From positions 128,001-192,000 of the forward strand of contig CAVQJC010000017.1 in the NCBI GenBank assembly GCA_963712745.1: DNA of 64,000 nt, given 5' to 3'. The translations under genes were made by a program, and so were the position numbers. The stretch is from an uncultured Chloroflexia bacterium. GTDB lineage: Bacteria > Chloroflexota > Limnocylindria > Limnocylindrales > CSP1-4. Below are positions 57,093 through 64,000 of the stretch, in pieces (positions within the stretch are counted from its first letter, which is position 1; the number at the start of each line of letters is the position of its first letter). The notes under the pieces were generated by a model. The model searched no databases and was not told the DNA's origin. It saw nothing but the letters and a program-made list of their open reading frames with translations.

Positions 57093-60000
57093 ATGAGTGA
57101 CCGCTTCCATCCCATCTCGATGGAACAACTGACCGACTGGGTCTTCGACGAGCTGGAACTGAGGGACTCGCTCTTCGGCATACCTCGCTCGGCCTTCTTC
57201 GTGCCCGGCGAGGCCGACCGCTTGCGCGTGGCGGTCTACGGCCAGACGCTGGAGACGCCGTTCGGGGTAGCCGCCGGCCCGCACACCCAGATGGCCCAGA
57301 ACATCATCGTGTCCTGGCTGGTGGGGGCTCGCTTCATCGAGCTCAAGACGGTCCAGACGCTCGATGAGCTGGAGGTCGCCAAGCCCTGTATCGACGTCGA
57401 GGACGAGGGCTACAACGTCGAGTGGAGCCAGGAGCTCAAGATCTTCGAGTCGTTCGACGAGTACCTCCGCGCCTGGGTGCTCATCCACGCGCTGCACCAC
57501 CGGCTCGGCTTCCCCGGCGACCGGCCCGGGATGATCTTCAACATGAGCGTGGGCTACAACCTGGAGGGCATCCAGAAGCCCAACGTGCAGTGGTACCTGG
57601 ACACCATGGCCGACGCCTCGGCCTACCTGCCGGCCTACCTCGATATCGTCGCCCGCCGCTACCCACAGGTCCGCGAGCTGGAGATCCCGGCTTGCGTGTC
57701 TGACACCATGACGCTCTCCACCATGCACGGCTGTCCGCCCGAGGAGATCGAGCGCATCTCCCTCTACCTACTCGAGGAGCGGGGGCTGCACACGTCGGTC
57801 AAGTGCAACCCCACCCTGCTGGGAGCCGACCGCGTCCGCCGCATCATCAACGAGGATCTCGCCTTCGTCGACGTGCCCGTTCCGGACGAGGCCTTCGGCC
57901 ACGACCTCAAGTACGAGGACGCGGTGCCCATGTTCCACAACCTGCGCCGGGTCGCGGCGGCACAGGGGCTCGAGTTCGGGCTCAAGCTCTCGAACACGCT
58001 CGAGGTCGAGAACTGGCGCACCCGCTTCGACGGGGACGGGATGATGTACCTCTCCGGCCGGGCCCTGCACCCGGTGACCACCAACCTCGCGGCGCGCCTG
58101 TCGGAGGACTTCCGCGGCGGCCTGATGCTCTCGTACGCCGGTGGTGCCGACTGCTACAACGTGGCCGAGCTGCTGGCTGCCGGCATGAAGACCGTGACGG
58201 TCTGCTCCGACCTGCTCAAGACCGGCGGCTACCTGCGCATGTCGCAGTACACCGAGAACCTGGCCGCGGCCATGGCGGAGACCGGCGCGGTCGACCTGGC
58301 CGACCTGGTCGCCCGTCGGGCCATCGCGAGCGATGGTTTCGGGGAGTTCGTGCCGCTGCTGAAGTGGTCGGCGCTGTCCGACAGCGGCCTGGCCCTGGGT
58401 GACGACGACTGCGAAGCGTTGGCCGCCTCGCTCGCCGAGGGCGAGGAGCCGGTGGTCGACCGCGTGGCGGCCTGGGCCACCGGCATCGGTTTCGACGAGA
58501 CTCGTTCGGCCGCCTTGCGTGGCCTGGTGGCCAGGGTGCTGGCCCGCATCAACCTCCGCTCATATGCCCAGGCCGTGCGCTCGGACTGGCGCTATCACAA
58601 GCGGTCGCTCCGCACCGACCGCTCCAAGACGACGCGGGAACTGGGGCTCTTCGACTGCATCGAGGCGCCCTGCACCGACGAATGCCCGGTCGACCAGAAG
58701 GTGCCCCAGTACATGGACGCGGTGCGCCGGGGTGACTTCGCCCAGGCCGTGCGCATCACCCGCGAGGACAACCCGCTGCCCTCCATCCTGGGCCAGGTCT
58801 GCGACCACCTCTGCGAGAACACCTGCATCCGCACCCACCTCGACCAGCCGCTGGCCATCCGCCACATCAAGCGCTTCATCATGGAGCAGGAGCAGCCCAT
58901 CGAGCTGGGGCCCAAGCCGCGCAGCGGGCCCAGGGTGGCCATCATCGGTGCCGGCCCCGCGGGCCTGGCGGCCGCGCAGGAGCTGGGCTTCGCCGGCTTC
59001 GCGGTGACCATCTTCGAGTCCCACCCCTACGCCGGCGGCATGGTCGGCGGCGCCATCCCCGAGTACCGGCTGCCCCAGGCCAAGATCGACCAGGACCTGG
59101 CGTTGCTCGAGCGGCTGGGCGTGGAGATCAGCTACGGTCAGACGGCCGGGGTGGACGTCACCCTCGATGGCTTGCGCTCGGACGGGTTCGAGGCCATCTT
59201 CGTGGCCATCGGCGCGCAGCGGGCCAAGCACCTCGGCCTCGAAGGCGAGGATGCCGAGGGTGTGATGGACGCCCTGCACTTCCTGCGCAGCGTGCGCGAG
59301 GGTGATCCCGTGCCCATCGGGGCCCGGGTCGGCGTCATCGGGGCAGGGGACACGGCCATGGACGCGGTCCGCTCCGCGTTGCGGGTGGGCGCCCGGGAGG
59401 CCCTGCTCGTCTATCGCCGCACCGTCGACCAGATGCCGGCCGATCCCGAGGAGATCCACGCCTGTCGCGAGGAGGGCGTAGGGATCGTGGAGCTGGCCAA
59501 GCCTGCGTCTCTGCATGTCGAGGACGGCAAGCTGGTGGGGCTGATCTGCAGGCGCATGGAGTACCGGGGTGACCGCGACGCCGGAGGTCGGAAGGTCCCC
59601 CACGAGGTCCCGGGATCCGAGTTCGAGATCCCGCTCGACACGCTCATCCTGGCTATCAGCCAGCACTCGGAGCTGGACCTCTTCGGGGCCGAACAGCCGG
59701 CTCTGACCGAGCGCGGCTACATCGACGTCGATCCGTTCACGTTCGAGACCTCCATCCCCGGGGTCTACGCCGGCGGCGACGTGGCGGCAGACGGACCCTC
59801 GTCCATCGTCAAGGCGGCCGCGGAGGGCAAGGCCGTGGCGGCGGCCATCATGGCCGCGCAGGGTGGGGCGCCGGAGGCTGCGGAGGTCGCTGCCGAGCAG
59901 GTCGACCTCCACGAGATGATCGTTCGGCGTGCGCGCCGCGAGTACCGCACGCCCATCCGCTTCACTCCGCTCGAGGCACGCGGCGGGTTCGAGCAGACGG

Positions 60001-60656
60001 TCGTGGGCTATACGCCCCAGCAGGCCCAGGCGGAGGCGGGGCGCTGCCTCGACTGCCACGAGATGTGCAGCCTGTGCGTGGGCGTCTGCCCCAACATGGC
60101 GCTGATGACGTACGCGTCCGAGCCGTTCACCGCGGCGCTGCCGGAGCTGCGAGTGCAGGGTGGCGCAGTGGTAGCCGGAGAGCGGCACGCCTACCGCGCA
60201 CAGCAGACGCTCCAGATCGCGGTGCTGACCGACTTCTGCAACGAATGCGGCAACTGCACCACGGCCTGCCCCACGTCCGGCGATCCCTACCGCGACAAGC
60301 CGCGGCTCTACCTGGATCGGTCCGATTTCGAGGAGCAGGCGGACAATGCCTTCATGCTCCTGGACGACGGCACGATCGAGGCTCGCGTGGGCGGTCGGAC
60401 GCACCGGCTCACCATCAACGGCGCGATCGAGTACCACGCGCCGTCACTCGAGGCCCGACTCGACCCCGAGACTTTCGCGCTCCGGGAAGTCACCGCTCGT
60501 CCCACGGCGACCGAGGGTGAGGCGCTCTCGCTCGAGCCGGCCGCGGACATGTACGTCCTGCTGCGCGGGCTCCAGGGGTCGATGGCGCATCTGCCCACGG
60601 TAGCCGTCGGCGGCGAGGGGGGGACCCGCGTGGCGCACCCCGGCTACGCCGGCTAG
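57093..60656 (+). CDS. ygfK: YgfK-type Fe-S flavoprotein oxidoreductase
   Basis: GVAAGPHTQMAQNI, KPCID..EGYNVEWS, FGLKLSNT, GAGPAG, CNECGNC..CP. Confidence 0.92.
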   Translation: MSDRFHPISMEQLTDWVFDELELRDSLFGIPRSAFFVPGEADRLRVAVYGQTLETPFGVAAGPHTQMAQNIIVSWLVGARFIELKTVQTLDELEVAKPCIDVEDEGYNVEWSQELKIFESFDEYLRAWVLIHALHHRLGFPGDRPGMIFNMSVGYNLEGIQKPNVQWYLDTMADASAYLPAYLDIVARRYPQVRELEIPACVSDTMTLSTMHGCPPEEIERISLYLLEERGLHTSVKCNPTLLGADRVRRIINEDLAFVDVPVPDEAFGHDLKYEDAVPMFHNLRRVAAAQGLEFGLKLSNTLEVENWRTRFDGDGMMYLSGRALHPVTTNLAARLSEDFRGGLMLSYAGGADCYNVAELLAAGMKTVTVCSDLLKTGGYLRMSQYTENLAAAMAETGAVDLADLVARRAIASDGFGEFVPLLKWSALSDSGLALGDDDCEALAASLAEGEEPVVDRVAAWATGIGFDETRSAALRGLVARVLARINLRSYAQAVRSDWRYHKRSLRTDRSKTTRELGLFDCIEAPCTDECPVDQKVPQYMDAVRRGDFAQAVRITREDNPLPSILGQVCDHLCENTCIRTHLDQPLAIRHIKRFIMEQEQPIELGPKPRSGPRVAIIGAGPAGLAAAQELGFAGFAVTIFESHPYAGGMVGGAIPEYRLPQAKIDQDLALLERLGVEISYGQTAGVDVTLDGLRSDGFEAIFVAIGAQRAKHLGLEGEDAEGVMDALHFLRSVREGDPVPIGARVGVIGAGDTAMDAVRSALRVGAREALLVYRRTVDQMPADPEEIHACREEGVGIVELAKPASLHVEDGKLVGLICRRMEYRGDRDAGGRKVPHEVPGSEFEIPLDTLILAISQHSELDLFGAEQPALTERGYIDVDPFTFETSIPGVYAGGDVAADGPSSIVKAAAEGKAVAAAIMAAQGGAPEAAEVAAEQVDLHEMIVRRARREYRTPIRFTPLEARGGFEQTVVGYTPQQAQAEAGRCLDCHEMCSLCVGVCPNMALMTYASEPFTAALPELRVQGGAVVAGERHAYRAQQTLQIAVLTDFCNECGNCTTACPTSGDPYRDKPRLYLDRSDFEEQADNAFMLLDDGTIEARVGGRTHRLTINGAIEYHAPSLEARLDPETFALREVTARPTATEGEALSLEPAADMYVLLRGLQGSMAHLPTVAVGGEGGTRVAHPGYAG

Positions 60657-60806
60657 CAGCGGAGTCTCGCCCTGGCCTTCACCGCTCGAAACTCACCCTT
60701 CGGTCGAGCCGCGCGTCGGGGGCGCGGCCGGCCTCCTGGCCAGCCGCACCGCGACCCGGAGGAGGACGCGTCTACGCAGGAGCGCGGATTCGCGCGCCTG
60801 ACTGGC

Positions 60807-62582
60807 GTGCCCTGGAGCCGACTGCTCGGCTACCTGCGGCCACAGCTGAAGCTCTTTGCGCTGGCGGTGGTGGCGCTGCTCATCTCCACCGGTTCAGGCC
60901 TGCTCCTTCCGCTCGTCATCGGTGGCCTCGTCAACGAGGTGGTTAGCGCCGGCGACGCGGCCGGCCTCGACCAGCTGCTGCTCGCACTGGTCGGCATCAC
61001 GCTCGTGCTGGCGGTGACCGGGTTCGTGCAGACATGGTCGCTGGGCGTCATCGGCGAGCGCATCGTGGCTCGTCTGCGGGCCCAGGTCTTCGACCGGCTG
61101 GTTACGCTGGAGCTCGACTTCTACGTGCGGCGCCGCGTAGGCGAGCTCATCTCGCGGCTCTCGAGCGACGTGACCCAGGTGCGCACGATGTTGACCCAGA
61201 CGCTGACCGCGCTGCTGTCGTCGCTGCTGGGGCTCATCGGTTCGATCGTGGTGCTCTTCCTGCTCAGTCCCGGCCTGCTCGTGGTGATCCTCGTGCTGGC
61301 GCCGGCTATCGTCATCATCGCCGTCGTCTTCGCCCGGCCGCTGCGCCAGCTATCGACCCGGGTGCAGGACGCTATCGCCGCTTCCACCACCACGGCCGAG
61401 GAGGCGCTGAGCGGGATCCGGGTGGTCAAGTCCTTTGGGCGCGAGGAGTGGGAGCGACATCGCTACGGCGAGGATCTGCGAGGTGTCGTGGGCATGGCCA
61501 CGCGGCTGGTGACCTGGCGCGGCCTCTTCGGCTCCATGATGACGGTGCTCGGCTTCGGCACGCTCATCATCCTGCTCTGGTTCACCGGACACCAGGTCAT
61601 CGAGGGCACCATCACCCTGGGCGCGCTCACGAGCTTCCTGCTCTACGGCATCACCATCGGCACCAGCCTCTCGTCGATCGCCGGCATCTACGGCCAATTC
61701 CAGGAGGGTGCCGGCGCCGTGGCCAGGGTCTTCGAGATCATCGACGAGCGCCCCACCATCCGTGAGGACGCTTCGGCCGCGCCCCTGGAGGCGGTATCGG
61801 GACGGGTCATCTTCGAGGGCGTCACCTTCGGCTACGGCGACGAACGCGCCGTGCTCCGTGACATCTCACTGGACATCGCGCCCGGCGAAGTGCTCGCGGT
61901 GGTCGGTCCGTCGGGCGCGGGCAAGACGACTTTCTGCAATCTCATCCCCCGGCTGTGGGACGTGTCGGAGGGCCGCGTGCTCGTCGACGGTCTTGATGTC
62001 CGCGATGTGCGTCTGCGCAGCCTGCGCGGTGCGGTCTCGCTGGTGCCCCAGGACGCGACCATCTTCGGCGGCACGGTCGAGGAGAACATCCGTTACGGCC
62101 GGCTGGACGCGACCGAAGAAGAGCTGGTGGCGGCGGCACAGGCGGCCAATGCCCACGACTTCATCAGCGCCCTGCCGCAGGGCTACGGGACGGTGGTGGG
62201 AGACCGTGGCACCAGGCTATCCGGCGGTCAGCGCCAGCGCGTGGCCATCGCCCGGGCCATCCTCAAGGACGCGCCCATCCTCATACTCGATGAGGCCACC
62301 TCCTCGCTGGACAATGAGTCCGAACGGTTGGTGCAGGAGGCGCTGGCGCGGCTCATGGTCGGGCGCACCACGGTGGTGGTGGCGCACCGGCTCTCCACTA
62401 TCCGGGCCGCCGATCGCATCGCGGTGCTCGACGATGGCTGGCTGCTGGAGCTAGGCACGCACGAAGAGCTGCTGGCGAAGGACGGGCTCTACGCTCACCT
62501 CTGGCGGCTGCAGGCGTCCGAGCGCCCGGCTACGTCGGAGGACGCCGGACTCACGGCGGAGGCAGCGACTCCGGCCGCGTGA
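60807..62582 (+). CDS. ABC exporter, fused permease-ATPase (MsbA-like)
   Basis: 6 TM + GPSGAGKT, LSGGQRQR, DEATSSLD, AHRLST. Confidence 0.93.
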   Translation: MPWSRLLGYLRPQLKLFALAVVALLISTGSGLLLPLVIGGLVNEVVSAGDAAGLDQLLLALVGITLVLAVTGFVQTWSLGVIGERIVARLRAQVFDRLVTLELDFYVRRRVGELISRLSSDVTQVRTMLTQTLTALLSSLLGLIGSIVVLFLLSPGLLVVILVLAPAIVIIAVVFARPLRQLSTRVQDAIAASTTTAEEALSGIRVVKSFGREEWERHRYGEDLRGVVGMATRLVTWRGLFGSMMTVLGFGTLIILLWFTGHQVIEGTITLGALTSFLLYGITIGTSLSSIAGIYGQFQEGAGAVARVFEIIDERPTIREDASAAPLEAVSGRVIFEGVTFGYGDERAVLRDISLDIAPGEVLAVVGPSGAGKTTFCNLIPRLWDVSEGRVLVDGLDVRDVRLRSLRGAVSLVPQDATIFGGTVEENIRYGRLDATEEELVAAAQAANAHDFISALPQGYGTVVGDRGTRLSGGQRQRVAIARAILKDAPILILDEATSSLDNESERLVQEALARLMVGRTTVVVAHRLSTIRAADRIAVLDDGWLLELGTHEELLAKDGLYAHLWRLQASERPATSEDAGLTAEAATPAA

Positions 62583-62997
62583 CGAACGGGTCGACGACCT
62601 CGACGCCGTCGAGATCTTGGCCATGCTGCAGATCCCCGGACAGCAGATACCGACAGCCTGCGGCGCGAGCCGCCGCCACGATCTGGGCGTCCCAGAAGTG
62701 CAGTCCGTAGCGGCCCTCGATGCGCCACGCGTCGTCCAACAGTGGCCCGTCCACGCGGACCGGCCGCCACGCCATCAGGTCGCGCACGTCGGCCTGGGCC
62801 GTGTCGCGGTCGAGCCCCGGAACGAGCTTGCGAGTCAGCCCGACGTAGTACTCGTGAAGCACCTGGAAGCTGAGCCGGGCTCTTCGCGTTTGCCACAGGC
62901 TGTCGACCCACGCCTGAGCCAGCGGTTGCCTGCGGGTCTCCGAGGCATCGCGGGCATAGAGCAGGACGTTGGTGTCAACGAAGACCGTCGCGGTCAT
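62551..62997 (-). CDS. PIN-domain toxin
   Basis: FVDTNVLLYA..QVLHE..FWDAQIVAAA..LSGDLQHG. Confidence 0.92.
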   Translation of the reverse strand: MTATVFVDTNVLLYARDASETRRQPLAQAWVDSLWQTRRARLSFQVLHEYYVGLTRKLVPGLDRDTAQADVRDLMAWRPVRVDGPLLDDAWRIEGRYGLHFWDAQIVAAARAAGCRYLLSGDLQHGQDLDGVEVVDPFVTRPESLPPP

Positions 62998-63214
62998 GGA
63001 GCTCCTCTCGCGACGGATATCGGCCAGATGTCTTCAGCACAGCTGTCGATCTTGCCTGGTAGCGAGCCATGGCCTCCGGGTATGACTCGTGTGCCGCCAT
63101 CGCACGCTCGAGCATCTCCCGCAGGAACGCGGACATGCTGACATCGTTTCGAGCAGCTTCGACACGAGCCCACCGTGCGGTCTTCTCGTCGAGTGTGACG
63201 GTCACGTTCTTCAT
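62975..63214 (-). CDS. antitoxin (RHH/DUF6364-like)
   Basis: MKNVTVTLDE..ARVEAAR..SMSAFL..SREELHDR. Confidence 0.85.
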   Translation of the reverse strand: MKNVTVTLDEKTARWARVEAARNDVSMSAFLREMLERAMAAHESYPEAMARYQARSTAVLKTSGRYPSREELHDRDGLR

Positions 63215-63250
63215 GACACGAATCTCGTGGAACACGAAGATCGTGTCAAG
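63215..63250 (-). promoter_or_regulatory. TA promoter with two tandem palindromic operators
   Basis: CACGAATCTCGTG and CACGAAGATCGTG; TTGACA on the minus strand at 63245-63250. Confidence 0.65.
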
Positions 63251-63381
63251 CCCCATCCGAGCGACGCCTCCTGGTTCCGATCTCGGCCTCCCTCGAGCTG
63301 GATCTCTTGCGCCGATCCCCCAGGGCGCGCCATGCCGCCCCGCCGCCGGTCTACGATGGAGATGTGACCTCCCCGAGGACG

Positions 63382-64000
63382 ATGCCGCGTTCATCCCTGC
63401 CTGCCACCGCGTCGGGCACGAATGTCCATGCCTACACGCCGGGCGACTGGGGTCTGCTGGTCGCCATCGCGCTCATCTGGGGCTCGTCGTTCCTGTTCAT
63501 GGAGATCGGCCTGCGCGCGTTCGAACCGGGAGTCATCACCCTCGCGCGTGTCGGGCTGGGAGCAGCCACGCTCGCGCTGTTCGCGAGGGCGAGGACGCCT
63601 GTCGAGCGGGCGGACTGGCCGCGGATCGCTGTCCTTGGGGTCGTCTGGATCGCGGTCCCCCTGACGATCTTTCCGCTCGCCCAGCAGTGGACGACCTCGA
63701 GCGTGGCCGGGATGATCAACGGGGCCATGCCGGTGTTCACCGTGCTGTGGGCCACCTACCTCATGCGCAGACTGCCCGGCTGGCGGCAGTTGCTGGGCAT
63801 CGGGCTGGGCTTCGTGGGCATGTTGCTGGTGTTCGTGCCCGAGCTGGAGGCCGGCCCGGACGAGATCCTGGGCGCACTGCTGGTCGTGGTGGCGGTCGCC
63901 TTCTACGGGCTGGCGGCCAACCTCTCGGTGCCGCTATCCCAGCGGTATGGCTCGCTGCCGGTGGTCTTCCGGGCGCAGCTCGTGGCGCTCGTCTTCGTGG
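63382..64000 (+). CDS. DMT/EamA-family transporter (runs off window end)
   Basis: Manual translation: LLVAIALIWGSSFLF..ARVGLGA..SSVAGMINGAMPVF..LGIGLGFVG. Confidence 0.88.
   Translation, partial: MPRSSLPATASGTNVHAYTPGDWGLLVAIALIWGSSFLFMEIGLRAFEPGVITLARVGLGAATLALFARARTPVERADWPRIAVLGVVWIAVPLTIFPLAQQWTTSSVAGMINGAMPVFTVLWATYLMRRLPGWRQLLGIGLGFVGMLLVFVPELEAGPDEILGALLVVVAVAFYGLAANLSVPLSQRYGSLPVVFRAQLVALVFV

Overview
High-GC bacterial DNA. Gene style and content suggest a Chloroflexota lineage such as Limnocylindria, but this is inference only. The window has three zones. (1) 1-29.7 kb is mostly ordinary metabolism: an MFS transporter, MDR oxidoreductase, ECF sigma/anti-sigma pair, ACT+DUF711 genes, PreA-like dihydropyrimidine dehydrogenase, class-III aminotransferase, a LysR-linked Opp/Dpp ABC + C-N hydrolase operon, and two PIN toxin-antitoxin pairs. 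(2) About 29.9-47.95 kb is an unusual 18-kb cassette-like array. A ~45-bp element (GCCATGGCGGCGACGACCAGAC[AT/CA]AACCCGCTAT[T/A]CATGGCGATT) recurs 15 times, always in the same orientation, between genes of mostly secreted, paralogous, modular proteins. Six plus-strand genes carry c-di-GMP-II-like riboswitch leaders. Minus-strand genes carry a second conserved promoter-like module. Promoters, signal peptides and C-termini are shared while mature domains are swapped. No recombinase gene lies in the window. (3) 48-64 kb holds a selenium-dependent purine/urate catabolism-type cluster (ygeW-like, pyrB-like, two PLP enzymes, xdh, ssnA, ygfK), an ABC exporter, a third PIN TA pair and a DMT transporter. 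Several single-base frameshifts probably reflect assembly errors. All calls are by eye; no database search was run.
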